Both the position numbers and the translations under genes were made by a program. From the human T2T-CHM13v2.0 reference genome, Homo sapiens: 64,000 bases of DNA. The stretch lies in assembly GCF_009914755.1 (NCBI RefSeq), contig NC_060926.1; one strand, 5' to 3'. Each line of letters starts with the position of its first letter. Within the stretch, counting starts at the first letter, position 1. This document shows positions 40,477-56,559 of the stretch, one piece after another. The notes below the pieces were generated by a model. The model was not told where the DNA came from and did no database searches. It saw only the letters and a program-made list of their open reading frames with translations.

Positions 40477-40778
40477 TTTTTTTTTTTTTTTTTTTTGAGA
40501 CAAAGTCTTCCTCTGTTGCCCAGGCTGGAGTACAGTGACACAATCTTGGCTCACTGCAGCCTTCTGCCTTCCGGGTTCCAGCGATTCTCCTGCCTCAGCC
40601 TCCTGGGTAGCTGGGATTACAGGTGCATGTCACCACGCCAGGCTAATTTTTGTATTTTTAGTAGAGACAGGGTTTCACCGTGTTGGTCAGGCTAGTCTCA
40701 AACTCCTGACCTCAGAGGATCCGCCCGCCTCAGCTTCCCAAAGTGCTGGGATTACAGGCATGAGCCACCGCATCCGGC
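40477..40778 (-). mobile_element. AluS-like
   Basis: Full dimer; TSD AATGTCTTGAATTTT. Confidence 0.95.
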
Positions 40779-41619
40779 CAATGTCTTGAATTTTGATAAG
40801 TCCTGTTTATCCACTTTTCCCTTTATAGTCAGTACTCTTTGCATTTTGTCTATAAATTGTTGCCAGATCATAAGTTCACAAAGATAGTCTCCAGTTGTTT
40901 ATTTTATAGATTTAAATTTTACATTATGTCTATAATACTTCTCTGCTTAATTTCTGTGTATCATATAATAAGTTAGTCATATCTCTCACTTTTTCTTGAT
41001 ATGGATATCCACTTTATCCACCCTCTTTTGTCGAAAAAAATCATTTTACCAATAAATTTTATTGACAGTTTGTAAAAAAAAAAAAAAAACTTGACCATAA
41101 ATGGATGGGACTGTTTCTGGGCTTTGTTTATTATACCATTAATCTATTATCTAGCCTTCTATGAATACCACATTCTCTTGATTGCTATAGCATTATACTA
41201 AGTCTTAAAATTATGGAGAGTAAGTACTCCCAGTTTGTTATTCTTTTGCAAGAGTGTTTTACTGATTCTAGGCCTTTTACATTTCTGTTTAAATTTTAGT
41301 TTTAAAAAATATTCCTGCTGGGCATGTGATTGGAATTGCATTGAATCTATAGATTAATTTGAGGACAGTTGGGATATTCACAATATTGAGTCTTGTAATC
41401 CAGGTATATGGTATATCCCTCCATTTATTTATTTATTTTTAATTGAAAAAGTATGTTTATTTGGGTAAAATCAAAGTATTTATCAGTAAAGTCATCTGAG
41501 ATGTTCATATAAAAAGACACTATAGACACATAAAATATCATTATTGTTATTATCATCATTAATAGCTAGCCTGGTACTTTAATGATTTTCTTTTTTTTTT
41601 CCTTGTTCTCTTTAAAAAA

Positions 41620-41820
41620 AATTTTTTTTATTTCCATAGGTTTTTGAGGAACATGTGTTTGGTTACATGAGTAAGTTCTTTAGTGGTCACTCCTGATATT
41701 TTGGTGCACCCATCACCCGAGCAGTATACACTGAACCCAATTTGTAGTCTTCTATCCCTCACCTGCCTCCCACCCTTTCCCCTGAGTCCCCAAAGTCCAT
41801 TGTATCATTTTTATGCCTTT
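41620..41820 (-). mobile_element. L1PB-like 3' end fragment
   Basis: TTTGGTTACATGAGTAAGTTCTTTAGTGGT...GGTGCACCCATCACCCGAGCAGT. Confidence 0.65.
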
Positions 41821-42446
41821 CCATATTCTCAGCAATATTGTGTAGTTTCCAATGTACACATCTTCCACATATATTGTTAAATGTACCCCTAAAGTATGTT
41901 ATGTTTTGTGCTATTGTATTTTAATTTCCAATTGTTGATTGATAGCACATAGAAATAGAATTGATATTTGTATATTTGTCTTGAATTCCCAAACTTTGAT
42001 CAAATCATGTCATCACTTCTTATGTAGTAGATCTAGTGGATATTATGGGGTTTTTTGGCTTTTTTTGTGGGGGTAGATTCCTTAGGATTTTCTTCATATA
42101 CAATCATGTCAAAAATGAAAACAATTTTAATTCCTCTTTTCTAACTTTTATGTCTATTGCAATGATTAAGGCAAGTACAATGTTGAATCAAATTAGTGAA
42201 ATAAACATACTTTTTATTTGTCTTAGTGGAAAATGTTTAGTATTTCACCATTAAGTATAATGTTAGCTGGAGATTTTTCATAGATTCCTTTTATCGTATT
42301 GAGGATCCTCTATCCCAAGTTCGCTGAGAGTTTAATTTTGTTAAATGCTCTTTCCATATCTGTTGAAATGAACATGGGATTTTTTCCTTTTTGATTTACA
42401 TACAAAAATCAACAAATTAAAGTTTTCTCAAAAAGTTAATGAAATT

Positions 42447-42925
<479 letters not shown>

Positions 42926-42951
42926 TTACATTGATTGTTGTTTGAATGTAA

Positions 42952-43263
<312 letters not shown>

Positions 43264-43719
43264 TAAGCACTATTTGGTCATGATGTACTGTCCTTTTTAT
43301 ATATTGCAGGAATTTAGTTACTAATATTTTGTTAGGGATTTTTTCTTTGTATGTTAATGGGAAATATTGCCTTGTAAATTCTTTTGTAAGAATTTACAAA
43401 AGAATCCCTTTTCAGATTTTGGTATTAGGGTTATATGGCCTCATAAAACTAATTGAGATGTGTGCACTACCCATCACCACCACCCCCGACCCCTGCCCAC
43501 CGTCTACTTTCTAGAAAAGTTTGTGTAAGGTTGATTTTTGTTTCCTTTTTCTTAAATGTTTGGTAGAATTCACTTCTAAAGGCACCTGGCCCAGGAGATT
43601 TTTGTTTTGTTTCTTTTTTTTTTTTGTGGGAAGGTTATAAATTACAAGTTCAATTTTTAAAATATGTACACTATTATACAGATTGTATATTCCTTCTTTT
43701 ATCATTTTGGAAATTATAT

Positions 43720-44024
43720 TTTTCTTTTTTTTTTTTTTTTTTTTTGAGACAGAGTCTTGCTCTGTCTCCCAGGCTGGAGTACAGTGGTGTGATCTCGGCT
43801 CACTGCTACCTTCGCCTCCCAGGTCAAGTGATTCTCCTGCTTCAGCCTCCCAAGTACCTGGGATTACAGGCGTGTGCTGCCACACTTGGCTAATTTTTGT
43901 ATTTTTAGTAGAGACGGGGTTTCACTATGTTGGCTAGGCTGGTCTTGAACTCCTGACTTCGTGATCTACCCGCCTCGGCCTCCCAAAGTGCTGAGATTAC
44001 AGGTGTGAGCCACTACGCCTGGCC
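43720..44024 (-). mobile_element. AluS-like
   Basis: Full dimer; flanked by GGAAATT(A/G)TATTTTT. Confidence 0.93.
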
Positions 44025-44684
44025 GGAAATTGTATTTTTCAAGGCATCTGTCCTTTTCGTCTATATTGTCAACATTGTTGACAAAGTGCTGTTCATAATA
44101 TATATTTTTATTATCCTTCTAATGTCTGTAGGATCTGTGGTGATAGTTCTTCTTTTATTCTTGACTTTGATATTTTGTGATTTCTTTATTTTTTCTAAAC
44201 CTTGCTAGAGGTTTATTAATTTTATTAACTTTTTGAAAAAACTTCATTTGTTGATTTTTGTATTATTTGAGATTAATTCATTTCTGTTCTTTACTTCCTT
44301 TCAATTACTTAAAACAATTTGCATTTCTTTTTACAGATTTTTAAGGTGGAAGAGATTATTGATTTTAGAAATAACTGTTTTCTAATATAAGCATGAAAAG
44401 CTATGAATTTCCTTTTAAGTGCTGTTTTAGCTGTGTCTTACAAATTCCAATTTGTTGTATTTTTTATTGCTCAGGTCAAAATATTTTCTAATTTCTTTTG
44501 CGATTTCCTCTTTGACCAATGGATTATTTAGAAATATGTTGCTTAGTTTCCAAATATTTGGAAATTTATTGATTTTTTTTATTACTGATTTTTACTTTAA
44601 TTCTGTTGGGGGTCAGAAAAAATATTCTGTGATTTCCATACTTTAAAATTTATTGAAAGTTTGTAATATTGTCTTTTTTGTTAA

Positions 44685-44981
44685 TTTTTTTTTTTTTGAG
44701 AGGGAGTCTTGCTCAGTTGCCCAGGCTGGAGTGCAGTGGCGGGATCTCGGCTCACCGCAAGCTCTGCCTCTTGGGTTCCCACCATTCTCCCACCTCAGCC
44801 TCCTGAGTAGCTAGGACTACAGGCGCCCACCACCACACCCAGCTAATTTTTTGCGTGTGTTTTTAGTAGAGACAGGGTTTCACCATGTTAGCCAGGATGG
44901 TCTCGATCTCCTGATCTTGTGATCCACCTGCCTTGGCCTCCCAAAGTGCTGGGATTACAGGTGTGAGCCACCATGCCCAGC
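44685..44981 (-). mobile_element. AluY/Sc-like
   Basis: Full dimer; flanked by TGTTAAT. Confidence 0.93.
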
Positions 44982-46597
44982 TGTTAATATTATATGTATG
45001 CTTGAAAAGAAAGTATATTCTGCATCTCTTGGATAACAGACTAGATAAAAGTCCATTAGATCACATGTTGATGGTGCTGTTCAAATATAATATAATGCTA
45101 TTGGCTTTAAAAAATCTACTTGTTTTATCATTTGCTAAAAATGAGGTGTTGAAGTCTCCAGTAATGACTGTGAACTTGTCTATTTCTCCCTTTAGTTTTG
45201 TCAATTTGTTTTATGTACTTTGAGGCTCTGTTATCAGATGTAAATTTAAATTTACACATTTAAATTTTTTTGAATAAATTCAACCTTTTATTATCATAAA
45301 ATATTTCTCTTTATCTTGGACATTGACTCTTGTTTGAAGACTATTTTCTCTGATATAAATGTAGTCACAATGGCTTTCTTGTGATTAGTATTTACATGAT
45401 TTTTTTTTACTTTTATATTGTTTGTGTCTTTATAATTAAAGTGGATTTCTTATTGATGGCATATAGTTGTCTTGTGTTGTTACCCATTCTGATAATCTCT
45501 GTTTGTAAATGGAGTTTTTGAGCTCTTTGTATTTAATGTAGATTGACAGAGTTCAGCTGGCTATAGTTTTTATTGCCTTTTTTCCCCCTTCCGTGTGAAG
45601 TTTTCTTTTGTCATATATTTTCTAAATAGATTCCTAGGTGTCATACTCTCAGCTTGAGCTGCTTTCTATCTCTCAAGGAAAGGAGATCAATGAAACATAT
45701 TGCACTAAATAGAAGCAAATAAACTGGGAAGTGTAAAATAAGTCAGTTGGGTACATAGGTTCTAGGGTGGATCACACAATTCATGGTCATTTTAAAGAGA
45801 GGACTTATCAGAGGATCAGTGTCAACACTGGTGGTTCTTTTCCAGGGCCAGCACCACCCCTGACAATGCTAAATATTTTCTTTGTTGATTTGTGGGAATA
45901 ATAATTAAGGAAGTAAATGATGTATTGTTAGATGGAAAGGTTAGCCAATTGTTGTGCAGATCATATACATAATGATATGTTGGAGGAATAATCATTAGTA
46001 AACAAAAGGCATGTCAATAAGTATATCTTCAGCTGATGCATTGAAAAACAAAGTTAAACATTTCAAAGCTCATAAAGATGAGCAAGATTAGCAGAAACAA
46101 AACATGTTGAAGTCAACATGGATAATAAAATGATTATTTCACTGCAGGAGTCCAATAATTTGAAAACACTATTTTGAGACTACAATTCAGACATAGTAGT
46201 AAAACACTTCAGAATAATGACATTACTTATATACTTAGCACCAGCATACTGTGTCCAGTTCTGGATTCCCTGATTAATGTGGGGGAACTACATAAATTCA
46301 GAGAAGAATTAGAACTTTGATTTTAGATGCACAAGAATAATTACAGATAACTGTCAAAACTTCACATTTAACTGATATTAAGACTCAGAAAGGTTGAAGC
46401 AAGTTATTGGAAGCCACATAGTTAATATATGGCAGAATTGTGACTACAGCCTTGACTCTTAATCTCTTGTCTATTGCTCCTTCCAGTTCTCAATGTGAAT
46501 TAGTAATTCTGAAATTAAAGGAGATGAGAAAATATGCAGGGTAGTGAGATTATTTATTTTAGAAAGAAAATGACAGCTCAGATACAATATCTATCAT

Positions 46598-46973
46598 TGG
46601 ATTAGTCTGTTCTCATGCCGCTATTAAGAAGTACCCGAGGCTGGGTAATTTCTAAGGGGAAGATGTTTAATTGACTCACAATTCCACAAGGCTAGGGATG
46701 CTTCAGGAAACTTAACAATCATGGCGGAAGGGGAAGCAAACACATCCTTCTTCACATGGCAGCAGGAGAGAGAACTGCCAAGCAAAGGGGGGAGAGCCCC
46801 TTATAATAGCAACAGATCTCATGAGAACTCACTATCACAAGAACAGCATGGAGTGTAGATAACCACTCCCATGATTAAATTACTTTCAACTGGATCCCTG
46901 CCATGACACGTTGGGATTATGGGAACTACAATTCAAGATGAGATTTGGATGGGGACACAACCAAACTATATCA
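46598..46973 (-). mobile_element. THE1 (ERVL-MaLR) solo LTR
   Basis: TGGATTAGTCTGTTCTCATG ... GGGGACACAACCAAACTATATCA; near-TSD ATCAT/ATTAT; homologous to 3395-3768. Confidence 0.9.
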
Positions 46974-47943
46974 ATTATCAAGCCTATGAAATATTCTAAT
47001 TTAAAAGATAGTGACTAGACATTCTTTATCTTCTTTAACAAAGAACTTCATTTCCACTGAGGACTAAACAAGAGGAAATGCACAAAAATGTGCAAGAGGC
47101 AGAATTTAAGAAACACATGAAAGAACTATTCCAAATAGGAATTATTACTAAAATTAATATGGTAGTATATAATATCTGGTCCCCAGAGGTTTGATTCTTT
47201 TAAAAATTAGGATATAGTTTCACCTATCTAAGATGGTAAAACTTACAGATAAGAGAAGTAAACAAAATATTTGTTCAAAATCCCTAAAATTTCGTACTAG
47301 ATATTTTTATTTGCTCGTATTTTTTGCTTGTTTCTATTTTTCTTGCAAGATCATTCCAAGAAAGATAAACAAAACTTGAGGTCAACTGAATGTTCTTGGT
47401 CTTAGTACTATCTAATGCCATTCCTAGAGTGAGCTGATTTCCTGCTAAGCCTTTATTGTGATATTACTGCTTCTATCTTTTATTGTAAACTACAGAGTTG
47501 TGGTGTTAAGTGGGAGAATTTACTTAAGCATTCATCTTGGCTGACCAAAATGTGGTCACAAGATTTATTAGAGAGTGTGATATTGCTTGTCAATGGCAAA
47601 TGGAATTTTTGATAAATACTGTAGCAAAATTTTAAATTGTCAGATTGCTAATGATTCAAAATAATAACTTATTATTAGTTTATGGGAGAAATAAGATCCT
47701 CATGCCACAAACTACATAAAAAACTAATTAAAGCTAAATTACTTGTAGTGACTTTTGCTTACATGACAGTTTTAAAATGAAAAGCAAAATCAAGTAACAT
47801 TAAAATCTGTATTACATAATTTAAAAGATATATAAACTGGAACAACTTCAATGATCTTAGAAATTAAAGATTTCTTTTTGTTATTTATCTTTTCCCAGAA
47901 AAGAGTCCCTACTATGAGTAAAACAATACAGCATCTTTGATAA

Positions 47944-48264
<321 letters not shown>

Positions 48265-49380
48265 GAAGTTCGTTTTTAGACAAATACTTTCAACCAAGAA
48301 AAAGAACTGTGTTTTAGTTTATTTCGAGGTTGATTCTTTTCTATTAGAGTGTTTACAGATAATTCTGACAAAGGTCACACAACAAAAGCATTATTTTTCT
48401 TCCAAGAATGCACCTCTGTAAGAGATAATAACAAAATGAGAATCAATGAAGGGAAAAAAATGTTTGTTTTCTTGAATATACGTGGGGTCCATATGTTACC
48501 AAATTTATAAAGAACGAAAAACATTCACTCTATAACATCTGGTTGTTTTGGGTGGCATAAGTGTTTTCAAAAATATCTAATATTTTAGTTTTTTTTTTCC
48601 ATTGAGGAAATGTGCACCCATTTTAATATATTCTAAAGTATTGTGCTATGTCATAGAATCTGTGGCATTCATGTTTTAGGCCCAGTTATATCTCCATATA
48701 GAGAGAGGAATTTTGTGTAGTTGACTGGATAAAAGCTTGAACAATGGAGTGAATATTTGATGGAGAGCTGGTTTCGGATTTTGACTCTTCCTCTGAATGA
48801 GCACTGTGGGCGAGTCACTTAACCTTTCTCTTCTTTGTGCTTGTGGACAATGGCTCAATTACATTTTTTTGATTCTGGTAACAAGAAAAGTAACATTCAT
48901 CTCTGACTTACCTAATATCTTTGCTTGTCCCTATGCTTACTCACTGTGAGAGAGGGCAGAACACCCTGGCAAATGCAGGAAAGCTTGGAGTGACCACATG
49001 GCAGCCCTGTAGGATGTCCACAGTATTCTTCCACCCTGCAGGGGACACCTATACCCGCCTCTATTTTGGACAAAATGAATCTTAAGAGATCATCTTTAAT
49101 GGTTGTAAATAGATGAATATTGCCATTGTTCAGTTTAAAACTATACATGTGGTAAACATTATCTGAATATTAATTCCACAATGCCTTATGATAATTAGAA
49201 CTACACCAGAGTAAGATCTTCCCTCCTGCAACCTAATAGAGTGAATTTTTTAAGATGGTACTATTTCCAGACAGTCAAATATTTCAGACGCAATAGCACC
49301 AGATCTATTTTGAGGACTCCCATGAACTTCCACAGCATAATATTTTATTTACTTCTGATACTTTTAATAAATATGGAGAA

Positions 49381-49774
49381 TGTCTTAGCTCAGACTGCCA
49401 TAATAAAATACCACAGACTGCATGGTTTAAACAACAGAAATTAATCTTCTCACAGTTCTGGAGGCTGGAAAATCAAAAATTGAGATCTGGCAAGGTTCAG
49501 TTTTTGGTAAGGTCTATCTTCCTTGCTTGTAGTTGGCCACCTTGTTAACGTGTCCTCACATGGCCTGTCCTCTGTGCATGTGCAAGGAGATATTTCTCTC
49601 TCTCTTCCTCTTCTTAGAAGCCCACCAGTTTTATTGGATTAGGGCCCCAACTTGGTAACCTCATTTAACCTTAATTACCTCCTAAAGACATTATCTCTAA
49701 ATATGATCACATTAGGGGTTAGAGCTTCAACATATGAACTTGGGATAGAGGAGGGCACAGTTCAGTCTATAACA
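49381..49774 (-). mobile_element. MLT1A-type MaLR solo LTR
   Basis: TGTCTTAGCTCAGACTGCCATAA.AAAATACCACAGACTG ... CAGTCTATAACA. Confidence 0.85.
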
Positions 49775-51453
49775 GAAAATAAATATGGAGATTTATTGGC
49801 AGTGTCTCAACTGCTGAAATCTTTTTTTTTTTTGAGATAGAAAATTACTTAAATGTGTAACTAAATGTGACTTGATCTTTAAATTTTGGTAGTGTTTTTA
49901 AAGATAAAATACTTTTGTGTCTTTGCCCAGCTTTGACAGACTTTTATATTTACAAAATACATTCAGATATTTCATAGATTAGAAAACAACCTTTGTGACA
50001 TTACTAGCTTTTGGGTTCAGAAAATCACCATAGCCTTAGAGTGCCTTTATAAGAACTACATGAGGTGCAAGAAACATCAACATGATATACAGTCAGAGAG
50101 ATTGAGTTCTGTACCTTCACTATAAAAATTATAAAACCGAGGTTTAAAGAAAGCCACAGGCAAATTAGCAACTAAGGCACTTACACAAGCTTGACCAGCC
50201 TTCTGACTCTCAACTTCACCTTGCTTTCATCAGTACTCCGTCCAGCAATCTTTCTTGCTTCTATCCAGGTTTTTTTAAAGTCTAGAATTAAATTTAAAAC
50301 TCTGCTGCAGGATGCTTGCCAACGTAACCTGGGTCTATAGCTGAGCAGATTTTTATGCCTGTGAAGTGGTAGCACAACTTTGACTTTATAAATTGATCCA
50401 ATAAATCTGAATTTCAAAGTAAATAGAGATTCTGAGGAATTAAAAAGGTCATAAGATGACCTTATTCAGAAGAATTATGTAATAAATATGACATTATTGT
50501 TGGCAGGTTTAATGCTCATCAGATGGACTATAATACTGATAAAATATTGTATAGGTTATTTTATGAAATACATTGATAGCAGTTAAGTAATCAACAATGA
50601 TTGTCACTTATTCAGTACCTATCAGGAACACAGCATTAAATAGAAAAATGACACAATGACTCTGCTTCCCAAATTGCAGACAACCTTTCAATGGCACTTA
50701 AAGTATTTTAAACAAATATGAAATATATTCATTGTCTCATAAACTAAGGATGTTTATAACAAGAACAACATAATTAAAATTGAAAATAAAATCACAAATA
50801 TTGTAAAACTAGTGAATATTTTATTATATCCCAAACCATTGTAGTGCAAACTGCCAATTTACTACTCAGTACAAGTCAGACATAGGGGTGAGGTGGAACC
50901 AAAGGGAAGGGAAAGAGGGATGCTAAATAAATGCTTGTCCTTTGGGATGCTGAAATCCACCTGATGTTAGCATATTAATTTGCTTAACCACTGCTGGTCT
51001 TTTACCCCAGCCTGAGTGCCTCAGTGAGATAGCAGAGAAAGGTAACTCTCTGCTTTCACAGTGAGTTGTAAAATACTTTTGCTAATAATAGTGTAGATAA
51101 GTGCCTGGTTCAGATGGGGTTAGAGCAAGGGCACGGAACATTCCAGCTTTGGGTGGAAAAAAAATCTCAGTGGTGTTACTGAGCCCAAATGTCATATAAA
51201 CTGCTGAAAAGCAATAATTAAACTTACACCTTTAACTTTGTTAAATCAATTATCTAAAAAGCTCCACCCCTGTGGAAAAAAATAAACCAGTGTGAGTCGG
51301 CTGTTGACAACTACAGTGATTACATGGGACATGTGGTTTGAGATTATTTGGATTAAGAACAAATTTTATGTGTGCAGTGTTCAACTACTCAGGAAATATT
51401 GTGATTCTTCTAGACATGTTCACTCTTATATGATATCAACTTATCTCAGATAA

Positions 51454-51750
<297 letters not shown>

Positions 51751-54635
51751 TGAATTATGAAACTTCCCTAAATGCTACTTATTAGGAAAGTATTGTCATA
51801 TAGGGCAAGTAGAGGATAGAATGGACTATATTGAAAAGATGAAGATTTTCATAGGCCACGGCAACAAACCTCAATATAGCAACTGTTTAAGAAACCAGAG
51901 ACCTCATTCAGTCTTGAAGAAAGAAGACTGATGGATAAAACAGCCATGTGTTAAATTCTGCACCTCCTGTTGAGGTTATGGAGATTACAAAGAAGAATCT
52001 ATGACCCTGTGCTTTCCTTTGATTTATCTAATAAGCGTGCATGTATGTGTGCACATGTTTGAAGTCTTCCTTTTTCTTACATCTCAGAGTCAGCACCTGC
52101 CTCTTTTCTCTATATGGGTTTGTCTTTTAATGTGGATTATAAGATTCTCTAAGACAAGACCATACCACTACGCCTGCTGTGATACAAACCTATGAGGAGT
52201 GCTCAACATATTAGACCAGCCTATCAACGATTAGCCTCCTCTCTGGAAGCAAGAGTGGCATTTACCAATTGATTTTTACCAGACAACTGAAGAGTCATCT
52301 TCTTCCTAGGAAAATTGATTATTTTTATCTAGAAGAGATTATTTTTCTAAAGAAGAGTTCACTCTGCGTTTGCTCTGCTGAATTGGCACTAAGAATTATT
52401 CAAGTCCAAAAGATGACTAGTCTCCGGTCACCTCAAGTTCTGTAGATATACCACACAATTACCTAGAGGCATCTCAATTAAGTGAGCATGACTGTCCCAA
52501 TTAGGCAAGAGTCCTAACTATTAAATATCATTAGACTTAATTTGATGCCCTGGGAAAACTCTTGTTGAAGCCTATCCCACTAAGGGCAGAGCACTGTCTG
52601 CTTAAATCCAAAGTAACATGCTCAGGACACACTTCTACAGTGAGGTTTATCAAGCCTCAAATAATATAATTGAGGATCACATTCTCCAGGTTTATAGAAA
52701 CATAAAACATGAATGCTGAAAAGAAATTTGAAAATATTATTGCATTTGATCCTCTTACTTTACAGATGAGGAAATAAAAGCCTGTGAAGTTGTGGTTAAT
52801 TAGTTCAGAGGAATGAGACTAGATTTTAAGCCTCCTGACTCTTCCAGCCAAGGGCTCTTCATATGATACTGTCATTCATCCTAAGCAATGTCAGCAACTG
52901 AGGCACATGTCTAAAGCAATGACCTCTTAACATAGTTATGTTGTTGGCGATGGTACCAAAATCATAAAATTACAATACTTTGAGTTCTAATTAATGTTTA
53001 ACCTTAAGGAAGCCAATCTTACTGCATCTGATTTTTGTTATTTGTAAATTAGAGATAATTTTGTCTATCTCATGAGGTTGTGAAGATTAAAGAAAATGTT
53101 GCATGACAAGGTGCTTGTAAAAGGTAAAGATTTCTGTAACTATAATGCTAAACTGGAGGTGAAAATTTGTCTTTAGAAGCTTATCTGTGATTTTTGGTTC
53201 CAAATAGCAGATCAAGTACGTGTGTTTATCTCTCTCCTATCACTCTCCCTCACCCCATGAAACCTCACTAAAATAGTAGTAGAGAATAAAGAAGATAAAA
53301 TCCCAAACAGTAAAAAAAAAAAAAAAAAAGATAGGGGTAGATATCAACAGACAAAGAACTTGTAACAGATTTCTGAAGACCAACAGAAAATGAAGGACTG
53401 GTTGTGGGTGATGCAGTTGGCCAGTGGACAACACAGCCATGAGTTCATGTGGAGAGATCCATGACCCTGGCTGGAGTTTATCCTCACTTAAGAACTCTGA
53501 AAAGGATTAGGCCTCAGAAATGGAAGACACTACTAAAGGTAAAGAAAAAGCTGTGGAAATGACAAAAGAAAAATTAAATTCTGTGTATAACCCAGTCGAT
53601 CTCCAGTAACAAAATGCCTGGCATCAAGGTATCTACCCACTGCCACTACCACTGTCACTGCAACCACAGCAACCAAGGACTTTTCTCTAAAGAAGCTGAA
53701 GTAACTATTCGGGGGAAATTAGGGTAGATGGTGTGGGAGTTGACAATCCACATCAAAACTCTCTGTACTCTGCCATTTAGGGACACCAAAGCATGATAGC
53801 TCATTCCTTGTTAGTTCTTCCTGGAGAGAAGGCTGTTGGTTATGGAGATTGTAAAGAAGATCCCTGCTTCTATACTATCACCCAGAGTGAAATTTTATGT
53901 TGCCTTGTTCATTGATATAATAATAATATTATTCATTAATATAATAATATATATTATTAATATAAGATAACAAAGAAAGAAAGTTTTTGTGGAAAACCTA
54001 TAGCATGAAAGAGAAAGAAATAAATAAAAATATTAACCTCAGAGAAAATAAAAGAATCCAGGAAACAGAAAAGGATAAAACAAAAATCTCTAAATAGTAT
54101 TCTTAGATATATTTAAGAAGATGATATTGTCCATCAAAAAAAACACAAGGATAGGAAAATGGACAGAGAAAAAGAAAGAGCTTCTGGAATTTAAAAATTA
54201 TTGCTGAAAGGAAAAGAAAAAATAAAGCAAAATTTATAAAAGAAGTATTTAAGTAGATAAAATCTTTTAGAAAACAGTCAAATGACTGACTATATATGGA
54301 AAAGAAAGAAGATATGTGAAAAGATTAACAAAAGATAACTAACCCAGCAAATATATTATCCAAATAATGAGTTTCAGAAAGAAAGAATAATAAAATCAGA
54401 TGAGAAGATATATTATCAAAACAAACACATTTCTCGTAGAGAAGGACATAGACATTCGTATTGAAGGAACTCAACAACATCTAATAACATCAGTGAAAAC
54501 CACATATGTAGGAGCATCTGCTGGAAATTTCAGAACACTTAAGATTAAAAAGAAGTCTCTAAAAGCTTCCAGAGAAAATATATGTAAATTTAAGTATATA
54601 TTATACACATATACATACACACAAACACACACACA

Positions 54636-55071
54636 CGGTTGACTCTGAAACAACATGAGGCTTAGGAGCACTGACCTGCATGCAGCCAAAAATCTGCATG
54701 TAACTTTTGACTCCCCAAAAACTTAACTACTCATAGCCTACTGTTGACCAGAAGCCTTACTTATAAACAGTTGATTAACACATATTGTGTATATTATATG
54801 TATTATATACTGTATTCTTACAATAAAGTAAGCTATAGAAAAGAAAATATTAAGAATATCATAAGGAAAATATGATTCCAGTATTCACTATTCATTACGT
54901 GGAGGTGGATCATCATAAAGATCTTCATCCTTATTATCTTCATATAGAGTAGGCTGAGGAGGAGGAGGAAGAGGAGGTTTTGGTCTTGTCTGAGAAATGG
55001 CAAAGGCAGAAAAAAATCCACATATAAGTGGACTCATGCAATTCAAAATCATGTTGTTCAAGGGTCAATTG
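54636..55071 (-). mobile_element. Tigger2a/MER28-like TcMar DNA transposon
   Basis: Terminal inverted repeats CGGTTGACTCTGAAACAACA / TGTTGTTCAAGGGTCAATTG, 436 bp, followed by TA. Confidence 0.8.
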
Positions 55072-55101
55072 TACATACACATATATACATGTATATATAT
55101 C

Positions 55102-55121
55102 TAGATAGATGATAGATAGAT

Positions 55122-55164
<43 letters not shown>
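55102..55164. repeat. (GATA)n tetranucleotide STR
   Basis: About 15 units with two GAT interruptions. Confidence 0.95.
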
Positions 55165-55258
55165 CACTCTGGATATTATAAGCCAACAAAACAATGCCTT
55201 CCAAGCTGGAAATGTGATATACAAACGAGCCAAACTATCAAACATGGTATCAGAATAA

Positions 55259-55629
<371 letters not shown>

Positions 55630-56559
55630 TGAGGATACTCTTCAGCAAAAGGAGGGAATGGACAAAGAAAAAGAGGTGGGAACTCACGTAAATAATCTAT
55701 CCAAAGCAAGAGAACAGTTGAAGGAAGTCAAAGAAGGACAGCTGCTCAGCAGGCCCACAGAGCAACCAGGACAGAGGGAAGGAGGAAACAATTCTTATAG
55801 GATCACTCCGACAAGGGCAGAAATGAAACTACAGAGAATAAATGATAAAGGAAGAGTTTGATAACAATTGAAAATATGATAAAAGCAAATGGTTCAAGAA
55901 CAAAACAAGCAAAAGTATCAATAGAAAAGCTTACACAAAAGGAAATTCCAATGAAAAATGTATAATTGTGCTAATATAAATAACTATTATTGATTTTCAA
56001 CCTTTAGAAAAAACCTAGAGTCACAGCACAGAAAACTTAACTAGGCTTATAGAATATAAACTTCCCTGTGCTTTTTGGATATTATGGGCATGTCAATGTA
56101 AGAATGAAATTATAAATGATAGAAATTGGAAGGTTTGTAGCCAGGGAAAAAAGCTGTAGGAGATGGTGGAAATGAGTAATGCCTCAGCTGAGAAAGTGTG
56201 GAGTCATAAGATACTTACTGTCTTTGGTTGAATAAGAAATAAAAAATGTAAATATAATTTTTCTTAGAGTTGCAAAGGTAGTGTTTAGAGGAAGCAAAAA
56301 TAATGATGTAATTATACTTGGGAGAAGATCAACAGTGGTGGTGGAGAATGTAAATATACTAAATTCTTTTTAAATTCTACAGATAAACCCTAAAATAAAC
56401 CCTAAACTTAATAAATCAAGTTATAACAGTATAAGCATATTGCTTAGAAATACAGGGTTAACTATCTAAGGAATACAGGAGTTAAAAGTTGTTCCTTCAT
56501 GAGAGATTAGAGAAGGAAGTGATGAAGCAAAAAAGGGGCTGCTCCTTTTTATAATGCAC

